Of a stretch of 64,000 nucleotides of DNA, positions 41,788 through 52,419 are shown in pieces. Source of the DNA: Alphaproteobacteria bacterium (GTDB taxonomy: Bacteria > Pseudomonadota > Alphaproteobacteria > GCA-2731375). The DNA lies in the NCBI GenBank assembly GCA_965225945.1, contig CBDDBZ010000036.1, positions 320,001 through 384,000 on the forward strand, given 5' to 3'. Under the pieces are notes generated by a model, which did no database searches, was not told where the DNA came from, and saw nothing but the letters and a program-made list of their open reading frames with translations. Position numbers and translations under genes: made by a program. Every line of letters begins with the position of its first letter. Positions within the stretch are counted from its first letter, which is position 1.

Positions 41788-43129
41788 GGATTGAGCAACC
41801 TGATGTGTGGAAATTCGGAACGCCGTTGATCAGTCATCCTCTGCTTTCCAAGTGATGTAGGGTTTTTCGGTGGTTTCCCATTTCTCGTCGATTTCGACGA
41901 GGATGGCGGTGACCAGACGTTCGAGCGAGGCCTCGTTGGGAAAGACCCTGACCTTTACGGTGCGGCGCTTGATCTCCTGCTGGATGGATCGCTCCATGGG
42001 GTTCGAGGTTCGCATGCGCTTTTGGTGGCGCTCGGGCAGGGCGAAGACGGCGAGGCCCTCGGGGATCGCCGTCTCCAGCCAATCGGCGAGCTTGGGGGCG
42101 CTGTCGCGGTAGGCCGCCACCAGATGGCCCAGCTCGGCCTCGGCGGCCTTGCCGTCGGCGGCGTTCCAGACCCGGCGCAGCTCCTTGCCGATGGCCTTTC
42201 GGATGGCGAGGTTGGGGGCGTGATGGATGGCGTTTTGAGCCAGATGGTACTGACAGCGCTGCCAGACGGCGCCGCCGAGGACGGCCTTGCGCGCGGCGCC
42301 GAGGCCTGGATGATCATCGGAAACGATATAGGCGACACCGCGCATGCCACCGGCAACCAGGGTCTCCAGGAAGGCGCGCCAGTGCACTTCGGCCTCGGAG
42401 AGCGCACAGGAAACACCGAGCACCCGGCGGCGCTGGTCGGGGCCGATGCCGATCACCGAGAGCACGGCGGCGTCGCGCACCACGCCACCCTCTCGGACTT
42501 TCTCATAGCGCGCGTCGAGGAGCAGGTAGCGGATCTCGCCCAGCGGCCGGTTGCGCCAGGCATCCAGCTCCCCATCCAAGAGCTTGGCGGCGCGGCTGAC
42601 CTGGCTCGACGACAGGCTCTCCAGGCCGAACTCGCGCATCACCGCCTCGGCGTCACGGGTGGAGACGCCTTTGATATACATCTCCGCCACGGCCAGCATG
42701 ACAGCGCGGCAGGAGCGCCGTCCGCGCTCCAGGGCTTGGGGGTAAAAAGGCGCCTCATGACCGGCGGTCTTGGGAACCTCGAGCCTCACCGTACCGGCCG
42801 GGGTGTCGATCTTCTTGGGTCTGGTGCCGTTGGCGTATCCCCGCCGCTCGGGCGTGCGCTCATAGTGGCCGGCGCCCAAGAACCTCTCCCGCTCGATCCG
42901 CATGGCGAGATTGAAAAGGCCGGCGAAGACCGTCGCCATGTTCTCGCTACCGCCTTCGATCAATTGTTCCACCAAAGCCTCGACAGCGCTATCCTGGTCT
43001 TTCCGCATACTGGTTCTCCATGTTTGTTTGGACGCTTTCATGGATAACCAAAATGACGGATCGCCCCGCGCCGGGGTATACCCCGGCGCGGGGCGAAGCC
43101 AAATTTCCAGACCTCACGCTACACAAGCC
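41788..43129 (-). mobile_element. IS256-family element (transposase 41830-43008)
   Basis: EMYIKGVSTR, LDARYEKVR, SDDH.GL, WQRCQYH, RTSN.MER; imperfect TIRs GGATTGAGCAACCTGATGTGTGGAAATT / GGCTTGTGTAGCGTGAGGTCTGGAAATT; no TSD. Confidence 0.88.
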
Positions 43130-43362
43130 AATTGCCAATTGTCCGTCTCTTGACCGTGCATCATGGCGATGCTGTCATAGTTGGTGACGTTCAAGATCAA
43201 GCCCTTCTGCACGCCGTGAAATGTGAGAAGCGGCCTGGATTCCTTGCCGCGCTCGCTGTCGATTTCCTCGATCGTGAGCTTGGCGATCGTCAGCGGCCAT
43301 TCGCGGCCTTGCAAGTCGTCACACTTGATGAATTTGCTTGGGTAGAGATCGGCCTTTCGCAT
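43130..43362 (-). pseudogene. Phage-type hypothetical protein (possible ssDNA-binding), truncated by IS256
   Basis: YPSKFIK..DL.G....LTI, L.F.G..K.LILNVTN...I...G.ETDNW pattern seen in phage proteins. Confidence 0.5.
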
Positions 43363-43494
43363 GTCGTTTCCTTTCATATGTGGTGTGAGTTGCCGTCTGG
43401 AATTGTCCGGACCGACGGCGCGCCCGGTCGTTTCGTGAAAATATCTACAGGCCTTTGTGCTCCCGGGAATTGTCCCGACTTTCCCCACCGGCTT

Positions 43495-43665
43495 CTAGAC
43501 CAGGCGCGCGTATTCGGCGCACCTTCTCTTGCCAAGAGCCGCATCGTGAAAGTGCGTGCACTCGCGGCATGTACTCTCCGGGCCGGTGCCGGGGAATTGT
43601 GCGAAGCACCCATGCCGGGCGAGCTTGATGGCGTTGGTGACGCCTATGGCGTAACCCTCCATCAT
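43495..43665 (-). CDS. Small Cys-rich hypothetical protein
   Basis: GTGP..TCREC.HF...C; ATGA-coupled to the upstream HTH ORF. Confidence 0.45.
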   Translation of the reverse strand: MMEGYAIGVTNAIKLARHGCFAQFPGTGPESTCRECTHFHDAALGKRRCAEYARLV

Positions 43666-43883
43666 CGTCCACGCCGCCCGCCGCGCTCGTTGGCCTTGAG
43701 CCAGTCCGCGACAGACTCGTCGCAGAATAGAATGAGGCGACCAATTTTGATTTGGGGCGGCCCGATGCCGAGCGAGTTCCATCGCTGTAGCGTGCGCTTG
43801 GTTCTCTTCAGCTTCTTGGCGGTTTGCTCAAGAGTCGAAAACCCGGCGAGTTGGTTTTCGGCTTCGATGGTCTCGGTAGTCAT
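43662..43883 (-). CDS. Excisionase/AlpA-like HTH protein
   Basis: EQTAKKLKRTKRTLQRW...GIGPP.IKIGRLILF....V.DWL. Confidence 0.75.
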   Translation of the reverse strand: MTTETIEAENQLAGFSTLEQTAKKLKRTKRTLQRWNSLGIGPPQIKIGRLILFCDESVADWLKANERGGRRGR

Positions 43884-43970
43884 GGTGTCGCTCTTTTTCA
43901 GCAGTAAAGCGACATGGGTATAGCTTAGAGGCGCACTTGACGTCTATAATTGGAGGTTTGGGAAAGTACC

Positions 43971-44459
43971 TTACTTTTTCAACGGGAATTTCTTTCGGTA
44001 ACTTTTCTGGACTTTCCACCGTCTGATGCCTGTTACCTTAGCGACTTCGTCGTAGGCGAAATCAAGCTTTGTCCTCTTCCCACTGGTCCCCCCAATGTTG
44101 ATATGAACTTTCACGAGCATTGCCAGGCCGATCTCGAAACCCTCAGCCGTGAGCCGCGAAAATACGTCGCCGCTTCCTAGTTCGCTGAATTTCAATGCGT
44201 GCAGCACTTTCGACGGCCTGTCCTCGGGCATGTCCCGGCTGATCCGAGCGAAGTCTTGCGCAACGCTCGAGAGATACCTTAAGACCCAATCGGGGAAATC
44301 GAGCCCTTGCTTGCGGCAGTGTCGGAAGGCAATCCATGCGAAGAGTGGATTATCGGTGCGGTCGAATTCGCTCTTATAAATGGCGCGAATATCCATGACC
44401 GGGGCGCCGCCCATGGCGCGGGCGAGCGCACGTCGGTTGATGGCTTGAAGGTCGGCCAT
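43971..44459 (-). CDS. Hypothetical protein downstream of the integrase
   Basis: 162-aa ORF with lower GC; starts just after the reconstructed integrase stop. Confidence 0.55.
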   Translation of the reverse strand: MADLQAINRRALARAMGGAPVMDIRAIYKSEFDRTDNPLFAWIAFRHCRKQGLDFPDWVLRYLSSVAQDFARISRDMPEDRPSKVLHALKFSELGSGDVFSRLTAEGFEIGLAMLVKVHINIGGTSGKRTKLDFAYDEVAKVTGIRRWKVQKSYRKKFPLKK

Positions 44460-44461
44460 CG

Positions 44462-45728
44462 TCAGGCACCCGAGCGCCCGGGTTTCAGGTGCTCGACCTG
44501 ACCGCGCTTGCCCCGCATCTTCGCCGCCTGCGTCGCGCTTACTGCGTCCGCCGCCTCGCGCACCGGATCTTGATTGGCCGCGACGAACCTGCTCACCATC
44601 TGCATGGTTTTGTGACCTCCGAGGTCACGAACGATGCAAAGCGCCGAATCGTCCGCCGGCCTCGGTTAGGTATGAGTGCCGAAGATCATGTAGACGAACG
44701 TCCTCGATACCGGCCCGGACCCGGACCTTGTCCCAAGCGCGGTTTAGCCCCGACCAAAGGATTGGCTCCCCGGACGCCCCTTCGAAAACGTACTCCGTGG
44801 TGCTGTCGAGCTCTCCGAGAATTTCGAGCGCCGTCGAACCGACGACGCGGGTCGCGGGCCCGGTCTTGCTGTCCTTGAGTTTTAGATGGCCTTGCTCGAA
44901 GTCGATATCGCTCCAGCGCAGCGCCAGCATCTCGCCCTTTCGAAGGCCGGTCATGAAAAGGAATTGGATCGCCGTCGCCAGCATCACCAACAGGGTTCCT
45001 TCCCCCTGCATCGTCGCCATCGCTCCCGACATGGCCACCGCTTCGTCGGGTGTGAGCACGCGATCGCGCTTCACCTCCGGCCATCGCTGGATATGACGAG
45101 TTGGATTAGTATGCTGGGGCCGGTAGCCCCAGCGCTCGGCGAGATTCATCGCCTTCGAAAGGACGGCCAACATTTGATTCGCGGTTCTGGCCTTGTCCTT
45201 CAGCTTAAGGTGCAACGAGGCCACGTCGTCGGTAGTAATCTCAGCAACCTTTTTCGCGCCGAGGTTCGGGCGGATATAGTCGTCGATCAGGCGTCGATAT
45301 TCTGCTGCCGTTGACTTCTTGACCCGCGTCTCGACGTGCTCGGCGTCGAACCGATCCATCAACTCACGGATGTTCGGCGCCTCGCGTGCCTCGCGGTTGT
45401 CTTGAACGGGATCAGCGCCGCTTTCGATGTCCTGCTTGAGTTTCTTGGCCCGTGCCCGGGCTTGCGCCACCGTCCAGACATCTGGAAATCGCCCGATCGT
45501 GTAGCGCCGCTGCGTGCCCCCCTTGTTGCGGTAGCACAAGACGAACGATCGAACCGCCGGCCTTTCGTCGCCAGTTTGGGCGCTGGTGGTTGGTGGCGTG
45601 ACTCGCACCCCGAACCCGCCAGGTTCCGTTTCCCAGAAATAGATCCGCTGCCCCGTGCCCGGCGGGGGAAGCTCCCGAACCAGCTTGTCCGTCATCTTGC
45701 CGGGCTGGATATTCGATCCGCGCGCCAT
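44462..45728 (-). pseudogene. P4-like tyrosine integrase with arm-binding domain; frameshifted, catalytic Tyr replaced by Phe
   Basis: GFGVRV..R.TIGRF arm domain, TGLRKGE, HDLRHS; C-terminus continues in another frame as RDLGGHKTMQMVSRF. Confidence 0.82.
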
Positions 45729-45899
45729 GGCCCAAATCCCCCGTCAACGTCCTGTCAACATCGAAAAAGGATACCAGTGGCGGCCCATGTCCGCAAGTGT
45801 CTTATTGAAACGACAGTCAACACCTTGAAAAATATAGGGCCGGACAGCAACGGACTGAAAATCACTTGCGCGCCAAGGGCTTGGGAAATCGGCAATTTG

Positions 45900-45957
45900 A
45901 GACTTAAAATTTGCTTCGCTTCGGCGGGTCCCGGTTCGACTCCGGGCGCGGCCACCA
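45900..45957 (+). other. 3' half of tRNA-Leu(TAA), probable att site
   Basis: GACTTAAAAT anticodon loop, long variable arm, CCCGG-TTCGACT-CCGGG T-arm, CGCGGCC-ACCA; no matching 5' half upstream. Confidence 0.7.
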
Positions 45958-46156
45958 GGCGACGGCCGGTAAACCCGAACGCCCCGGGACACCAGGCCTC
46001 ACACCCCTTTGGACCGCGCTTCGGCCTCTGGCACGATGGCGCCGAGGCTAAGAGGGCTGCGACGGAATTCACGCCCCGACCGCGCACGACATCCTCGCCA
46101 TCGACGCGGTGGCCCGCGACTTCCCGGCCGTTTCGAGTCAATCGAAAGTCATCGGC

Positions 46157-46792
46157 TCAGGGGGCGTTTTTGCGCCGCCAGTGCTCGATCGCCTCGATGC
46201 AGGCATCGGCGCTCGAGATGTCGGCATAGCGGCGCCCGACATCGCGCAGGTTGTCGCGGTGCGGGCCTTCCTCGTAATCGCCGACGCAATCCTCCGCCAC
46301 GATGGTGCGAAAGCGATGGCTGAAGCTATCGATCACGCTCGCCCGGATGCAGCCGCTGGTGACGCAGCCGGTGACGATGACGGTGTCCACCCGCTCCTTG
46401 GTGAAGAACGAGGCGACGCCGGTGTCGAAGAAGATCGAGGCAGCGGGCTTGCAGACCGTAAGGTCGTAGGCGGCATCGTGAATCCGGGGATCGAGGCGGG
46501 TGGAGGGATGGTCGTGGAGGAAAGTGTCGCGCACGGCCCCCACTTTCCAATAGGGCATCTCGCGCTGGCTCAGGTAGGCGGTGTTGCAGACGGCGACCGG
46601 CACCCCGGCGGCGCGCGCCGCCGCCAACAGGCGCTGGGTATTTTGCACGCCGCGTTCCACCAGCGGGGCGCCGCCCAGGGGATATTGCGGGTCGGTGAAG
46701 CCGAGCTGGTAGTCCACCACGACGACGCCGGGCTTCTCGCCGAAGCCGATCTCGCCGCTTGCGTAGGTCCGTTCCACGTAGTGATCGGTCAT
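46157..46792 (-). CDS. Isochorismatase-family cysteine hydrolase (N-carbamoylsarcosine amidase-like)
   Basis: VVD.Q, K..AS.FF.T, TGCVTSGCIRAS..D. Confidence 0.88.
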   Translation of the reverse strand: MTDHYVERTYASGEIGFGEKPGVVVVDYQLGFTDPQYPLGGAPLVERGVQNTQRLLAAARAAGVPVAVCNTAYLSQREMPYWKVGAVRDTFLHDHPSTRLDPRIHDAAYDLTVCKPAASIFFDTGVASFFTKERVDTVIVTGCVTSGCIRASVIDSFSHRFRTIVAEDCVGDYEEGPHRDNLRDVGRRYADISSADACIEAIEHWRRKNAP

Positions 46793-46853
46793 GACATTCC
46801 TCCCGGGTCGGGTCGCCGAGGCAGAGCCTACCCGATCGCCCGTCCGCGCGGCA

Positions 46854-49800
46854 CTATAGCGGCTGCACGTCGATGACGCCGGGGACCGACTTGAGGGCGC
46901 CGCGCACCGCCGTGGTCATGGCGTAGCGGCCTTCGAGCGCGACCTCGACCTCGCGGTGGGCGGCGATCCGGACAGCCAAATGCACCGCTGAGCGCCCGCC
47001 CTTGTGCTCCGCCAGCAGGGCACCGAGGCCCGAAAGCGGGCTCTCGTCGTGGAGGAAGATGCGGATGTCGCCGCCACTCTCGGCGCCGACCTGCTCGATG
47101 TCGCGGATCGACTGCACCGTGAGCCGCTGGGAATCGCCCTCCTCGCGCGCGTCGACCTCGATGACGACGGAGCGGCCGACCTCCAGCAGGTCGCGCTGTG
47201 CCGTCAGGGTCTCGGAAAACACCGTCACCTCGAACATCCCGCTGGCATCGGAAAGTTGCACGAAGGCGTAGCGCTTGCCGCGCGCGGAGTTGCGCTCGCG
47301 CTTCGAGAGGATGGTGCCGGCGAGGTTGAAGCGATTGGCGCCCCGGGCCATTCGCTCCCCCAGCTCGGCGTGGCTGACGACGCCGGCCAGCTCCAGCACC
47401 TCCCGGCAGGCATCCAGCGGATGGGCCGAGAGATAGAAGCCGATGGCGTCGAACTCCTGGGCCAATTTGTCGGTCTCGTTCCACTCGGCCACCAGGGGAA
47501 GCGCCGGGGTCACTTCGTCGGCGTCGCCCGCCTCGCCGAACAGGTTGGTTTGCGAACTCTCCCGCTCCTCCGCCGTGCGGTTGGCGTAGCGCAGCAGCAG
47601 CTCGACGGCCGCCAGCACCTGCGCCCGGTTCGCCGCCAGGGTATCGAAGGCGCCGGCGCGGGCCAGGTTCTCGAGGCTCCGCTTGTTCAACACTCGGGGG
47701 TCGATCCGCCGGGCGAAATCCCACAGATCGATGAAGTCGCCGTTTTCTCGCCGCTCCTCGACGATACTCCCCATGGCGCCCCGGCCGACGTTGCGGATGG
47801 CGGCGAGCGCATAGCGCACCGCGCCCGGGCCCGACCCGTCCGCCGCTTCCACCACGAACTCGACCTCCGAGCGGTTGATGTCCGGCACCAGCAGTTCGAC
47901 GCCCAGACGATCGAGCTCCTGGCGGAAGACGTTGAGCTTGTCGGTGTTGGCGAGGTCGAGGGTCATGGAGGCGGCGAGGAACTCGACGGAATAGTTGGCC
48001 TTCAGGTAGGCGGTCTGATAGGCGACCAGCGCATAGGCCGCCGAATGCGCCTTGTTGAAGCCGTAGCCGGCGAACTTGTCCACCAATTCGAAGACGTAGG
48101 AGGCCCGCTCGGCGGAGACGCCCCGGGCCTTGGCGCCCTCGACGAAATCGTCGCGCTGGGCCTCCATCTCCGCCTTGATCTTCTTGCCCATGGCGCGGCG
48201 CAGCAGGTCGGCCTGGCCCAGCGTGTAGCCGGCGAAGACCTGGGCGATCTGCATCACCTGTTCCTGGTAGATGATGACGCCGTAGGTATCCTTCACCACC
48301 GGCTCGATCGTCTCGTGCAGATGCTCGGGCTGCTCGCGGCCGTGCTTGCAGGCGATGTATTTGGGAATGTTCTCCATCGGGCCGGGACGGAAGAGGGCAA
48401 CCAGCGCGATCAGGTCCTCGATGTTGGAGGGCTTCGAGTCGCGTAGCAGGTCTCGCATCCCGCCGCTTTCGAACTGGAAGATGCCCACCGCCTCGGCCCG
48501 CTTGAGCATCGCGTAGGTCGGCGGATCGTCGAGCGGGATCGCATCGATGTCGAGTTCCACGCCGCGCCGGGCCAGCAGCGCCAGCGCCCGCTGGATGACC
48601 GTCAGCGTCTTCAAGCCGAGGAAATCGAACTTCACCAGGCCGGCCGCTTCCACCCACTTCATGGTGAACTGGGTGACCGGCATCTCGGAGCGGGGATCGC
48701 GGTAGAGCGGGACCAGCTCGACCAGCGGCCGGTCGCCGATCACCACGCCGGCGGCATGGGTCGAGGCGTGGCGATAGAGCCCCTCCAGCCGCATGGCGAT
48801 GGCGATCAGCCGGCCCACGGTGGGATCCCTCTCGCGTTCTTCGCGAAGCCTGGGTTCCGCCTCCAGGGCTTGCGCCAGGCTCACCGGATTGGCCGGGTTG
48901 TTCGGCACCAGTTTCGACAGCCGGTCGACCTGGCCGTAGGGCATGGCCAGCACGCGGCCGACGTCGCGCAGCACGGCCCTGGCCTGCAACTTGCCGAAGG
49001 TGATGATCTGGGCGACCTGATCGTGGCCGTACTTCTCCTGCACGTAGTGGATGACCCGGTCGCGCTGGTCCTGGCAGAAATCGATGTCGAAGTCCGGCAT
49101 CGACACCCGATCGGGGTTGAGGAAACGCTCGAACAGCAGGCCGAAGCGCAGCGGGTCGAGATCGGTGACCCCGAGCGCCCAGGCGACCACGGAACCGGCG
49201 CCCGAGCCTCGTCCCGGGCCGACCGGTATCCCCTCCCGCTTGGCCCACTGGACGAAGTCGGCGACGATCATGAAATAGCCGGCGAAGCCCATCTCGACGA
49301 TGACCCCGAGCTCGAAGGCGAGCCGTTCCCGGTAGGGGGCGAGGGGGTCCGCGCCGGCCGTCTCGGCCTCATCCGTCCCGCCGATGGCGTCGCGAATGGC
49401 CGGCGTGGCCAGGCGCCCCTCCAATCCCTCCCTCGCCGTGCGGCGCAGCAGTTCCGCCTCGTCTTCGCCCGGGGCGGCGAAGCGTGGCAGGATCGGCTCG
49501 CGCAAGGGCGCCCGGTAGGCGCAGCGCCGGGCGACGACCAGGGTGTTGTCCACCGCCTCCGGCAGGTCGGAGAACATCGCCCGCATTTCGCCCGCCGGCT
49601 TGAAATAGTGCTCGGCCGTGACCCGCCGGCGATCGTCCTCGCCGAGGGTCGTTCCCTGGTCGATGCAGAGCAGCGCGTCGTGCGCCTCGTGCATGTCGGG
49701 AGTGGCGAAATAGACGTCGTTGGTGGCGATCAACGGCAGCTCGAGGTCATAGGCGAGGTCGAGGAAGGCCACCTCGGTCCGTTGTTCGATGCCCATGCCA

Positions 49801-50372
49801 TGGCGTTGCAGCTCGATATAGAAGCGGCCCTCGAAGATCCTCGCCAACCGCTCGACCAAGGCCCGCGCCTCCCCCTCCCGCGCGCCCAGCAGCAGTCGGC
49901 CGAGCGGACCCTCGGCCCCGCCCGAAAGGCAGATCAGTCCCTCGCTCCCCGCTTCCAGGTCGGCGAGGTGGATTTCCGCCGGCTCTGTGCCGGTGGATTG
50001 CATGAAGGCCTTGGTGGAAAGCTCGAGCAGGTTTCGGTAGCCGGTCTCGTCACGCGCCAGCAGCACGATTCGCTCCGGCCGACGGCGGTGACCGCCGTTA
50101 CCGTGACCGCTACCCTTGCCGTTACCGTTGCGCCGGCCTTCACCGTCCTCCGGCGCGAGTGCCAAGGCCGAGCCCATGATCGGCTGCACGCCGGCCTTGC
50201 TCATGACCTCGGCGAATTCGAGCGCGCCGAAGAGGTTGCCGCTGTCGGTCAGTGCCAGGGCCGGCATCGCCTCGGCCTGGCAGAGCCCGGCCAGATCCTT
50301 GATCTGAATCGCCCCCTCGGCGAGGGAATAGGCGGAATGGACGCGGAGGTGGACGAAATCGGCGTGCGGCAT
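46854..50372 (-). CDS. dnaE: DNA polymerase III alpha subunit
   Basis: FVHLRVHSAYSL PHP, GPGRGSGAGS, SMPDFDIDF, KFDFLGL, YGFNKAHSAAY. Confidence 0.97.
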   Translation of the reverse strand: MPHADFVHLRVHSAYSLAEGAIQIKDLAGLCQAEAMPALALTDSGNLFGALEFAEVMSKAGVQPIMGSALALAPEDGEGRRNGNGKGSGHGNGGHRRRPERIVLLARDETGYRNLLELSTKAFMQSTGTEPAEIHLADLEAGSEGLICLSGGAEGPLGRLLLGAREGEARALVERLARIFEGRFYIELQRHGMGIEQRTEVAFLDLAYDLELPLIATNDVYFATPDMHEAHDALLCIDQGTTLGEDDRRRVTAEHYFKPAGEMRAMFSDLPEAVDNTLVVARRCAYRAPLREPILPRFAAPGEDEAELLRRTAREGLEGRLATPAIRDAIGGTDEAETAGADPLAPYRERLAFELGVIVEMGFAGYFMIVADFVQWAKREGIPVGPGRGSGAGSVVAWALGVTDLDPLRFGLLFERFLNPDRVSMPDFDIDFCQDQRDRVIHYVQEKYGHDQVAQIITFGKLQARAVLRDVGRVLAMPYGQVDRLSKLVPNNPANPVSLAQALEAEPRLREERERDPTVGRLIAIAMRLEGLYRHASTHAAGVVIGDRPLVELVPLYRDPRSEMPVTQFTMKWVEAAGLVKFDFLGLKTLTVIQRALALLARRGVELDIDAIPLDDPPTYAMLKRAEAVGIFQFESGGMRDLLRDSKPSNIEDLIALVALFRPGPMENIPKYIACKHGREQPEHLHETIEPVVKDTYGVIIYQEQVMQIAQVFAGYTLGQADLLRRAMGKKIKAEMEAQRDDFVEGAKARGVSAERASYVFELVDKFAGYGFNKAHSAAYALVAYQTAYLKANYSVEFLAASMTLDLANTDKLNVFRQELDRLGVELLVPDINRSEVEFVVEAADGSGPGAVRYALAAIRNVGRGAMGSIVEERRENGDFIDLWDFARRIDPRVLNKRSLENLARAGAFDTLAANRAQVLAAVELLLRYANRTAEERESSQTNLFGEAGDADEVTPALPLVAEWNETDKLAQEFDAIGFYLSAHPLDACREVLELAGVVSHAELGERMARGANRFNLAGTILSKRERNSARGKRYAFVQLSDASGMFEVTVFSETLTAQRDLLEVGRSVVIEVDAREEGDSQRLTVQSIRDIEQVGAESGGDIRIFLHDESPLSGLGALLAEHKGGRSAVHLAVRIAAHREVEVALEGRYAMTTAVRGALKSVPGVIDVQPL

Positions 50373-50483
50373 GGCGCTCGGGCGTGATTCGGTATTGCGA
50401 ATTTTCTCACGCGGCCCGCAACGAGTCATGTGCGCGTCCGCCGGGGTTGCCCGAAACCTGTGGATAACTCGCGTCCGCTCGGC

Positions 50484-51164
50484 TCAATCCTCGACCAGCC
50501 GGCCCTCGACCAGCCGCATGACGCGATCCATCCGCCCTGCCAGGGCTTGGTTATGGGTCGCGATCAGCGCGCCCAGCTCCTGGTTTCGCGCCGCCATCAC
50601 CAGTTCCTCGAAGACGGCCTCGGCCGTCGCCTGGTCCAGATTCCCGGTCGGCTCGTCGGCCAGTAGCAGGGCCGGCCGGTTGGCGACGGCGCGGGCGATG
50701 GCGACACGCTGCTGCTCGCCGCCGGAAAGCCGGGCCGGGCGATGCTCGACCCGCTCGCCCAGTCCGAGACGCTCTAGCAGTTCCGCCGCCCGCTCGCGGG
50801 CTTGCGCCTTGGTTTGGCCGGCGATGCGCAGCGGCAGCATGACGTTCTCGAGCGCCGTGAATTCCGGCAGCAGGTGGTGGTACTGGTAGACGAAGCCGAT
50901 CGCGTCGCGCCGGATCCGGGTTCTGGCAGCCTCGCCGATGCGAGCGCAGGCCTCGCCTTGGATCTCGACCTCGCCGCCGTCCGGCGGCTCCAACAGTCCG
51001 GCGATATGCAGCAGGGTCGATTTGCCGGCGCCCGAGGGAGCGACGAGGGCGACGATCTCTCCCGCTGCCAGGGTCAGGCTCGCCCCCGCCAAGACCTCGA
51101 TACGCTTGTCGCCCTGAACGAAGGTGCGCTCGATGTTCCCGAGCAGCAGGACCGGCGCGGCCAT
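50484..51164 (-). CDS. lolD: Lipoprotein-releasing ABC ATPase LolD
   Basis: [37 protein letters not shown]. Confidence 0.92.
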   Translation of the reverse strand: MAAPVLLLGNIERTFVQGDKRIEVLAGASLTLAAGEIVALVAPSGAGKSTLLHIAGLLEPPDGGEVEIQGEACARIGEAARTRIRRDAIGFVYQYHHLLPEFTALENVMLPLRIAGQTKAQARERAAELLERLGLGERVEHRPARLSGGEQQRVAIARAVANRPALLLADEPTGNLDQATAEAVFEELVMAARNQELGALIATHNQALAGRMDRVMRLVEGRLVED

Positions 51165-51168
51165 CGGC

Positions 51169-52413
51169 TCACTCGTAGCGGAGCGCGTCGACGGGGTCGA
51201 GGCTTGCCGCCCGCCAAGAGGGATAGAGCGTCGCCAGGAACGACAGCACCAGCGCCATGGCGACGATCGCGACGACCTCGTTCGCGTCGATCTTGGCCGG
51301 CAGGCGGGAGAGGAAATAGATCTCCGCCGCGAACAGATTGGTGTCGGTCAGCCGCTCCAGGAGGCGGCGAATGGTCTCGATGTTGAGGCAGAAGACCACG
51401 CCCAGGATCAACCCGGCGATGGTCCCGGCCACGCCGATCGAGGCCCCGGCCAGGAGAAAGATCCGCATCACCGCGCCGCGCGTGGCGCCCATGGTCCGCA
51501 GGATGGCGATCTGCTTGGCCTTGTCCTTCACCAGCATGATCAGACTGGAGATGATGTTGAAGGCGGCGATCAGGATGATCAGCGTCAGGATCATGAACAT
51601 GACGTTGCGCTCGACTTGCAGCGCGTTGAAGAAATGCTGGTTGACTTGGCGCCAGGTGACCACCCGGCCGAGGTCGCCGACGGCGCGGACCAGCGCGCGG
51701 CGATGGCGGGCGACGTCGTCCGGGTCGTCCACCATGATCTCGACGCCGGAGACCTGGTCCGCCGTTCGGAAGAAGATCTGCGCCGCCTTCAAGGGCATGA
51801 AAACATAGCTCGAGTCGTATTCGTACATGCCGACCTGGAAGGTGGCGACGATTCGATAGGCCTTGTGGCGGGGGACCGAGCCGAACGGCGTCGAAGTGTT
51901 CTGTGGGGCGACGAGGGTCAGCCGATCGCCGACGCCGACGCCGAGCCCGCTGGCGAGCCTGGCGCCGACCAGAATCGCGTTCTTGCCCTCGAAATCCGCC
52001 AGGCTCCCGGCCACGATCTTTTGGGAGACGAGCGGGCGTCGGCGCAAATCCTCGGGCCGCGTGCCCCGGATCAGCGCGCCGCGCGCCCGATTGTTCGCCA
52101 TCGCCATCACCTGGCCCTCGATCACCGGACCGGAGGCGACGACGCCCGGCAGCTTCCGCACCCGCTCATTCACCTCGGCGTGCGGCACCAGGTTGCCCTC
52201 GAAGGCGCGGACCACGAAATGGCCGTTGATGCCGAGTATTCGGCCCAGGAGCTCGGCGCGAAAGCCGTTCATCACGCTCATCACGATGATCAGCGTGGCG
52301 ACGCCCAAGGCGATACCGCAGAAGGAGAACACGGCGATGACGGAGATGAAGCCCTCGGTCCGGCGCGCGCGCAGGTAACGCGCGGCCATCATCCATTCGA
52401 AGCGGTGGAACAT
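51169..52413 (-). CDS. Lipoprotein-releasing ABC permease LolC/E
   Basis: [44 protein letters not shown]; proS-lolC/E-lolD-dnaE synteny. Confidence 0.93.
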   Translation of the reverse strand: MFHRFEWMMAARYLRARRTEGFISVIAVFSFCGIALGVATLIIVMSVMNGFRAELLGRILGINGHFVVRAFEGNLVPHAEVNERVRKLPGVVASGPVIEGQVMAMANNRARGALIRGTRPEDLRRRPLVSQKIVAGSLADFEGKNAILVGARLASGLGVGVGDRLTLVAPQNTSTPFGSVPRHKAYRIVATFQVGMYEYDSSYVFMPLKAAQIFFRTADQVSGVEIMVDDPDDVARHRRALVRAVGDLGRVVTWRQVNQHFFNALQVERNVMFMILTLIILIAAFNIISSLIMLVKDKAKQIAILRTMGATRGAVMRIFLLAGASIGVAGTIAGLILGVVFCLNIETIRRLLERLTDTNLFAAEIYFLSRLPAKIDANEVVAIVAMALVLSFLATLYPSWRAASLDPVDALRYE

Positions 52414-52419
52414 GGGCCC

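Larger units (their letters stand above)
36330..45957. mobile_element. Decayed integrative phage-satellite/prophage-like element at tRNA-Leu(TAA); left boundary approximate
   Basis: Integrase next to a tRNA 3' half, excisionase-like HTH, TerS-like, RHH and resolvase-like fragments; invaded by several IS. Confidence 0.65.

Noticed and set aside
45860-45957. Complete tRNA-Leu or tmRNA
   Set aside because: No 5' acceptor strand complementary to CGCGGCC and no D-arm; no tag reading frame recognised
50085-50150. Gly/Asn-rich insertion in DnaE as a possible intein
   Set aside because: Only ~20 aa of low complexity in the PHP domain; no intein terminal motifs
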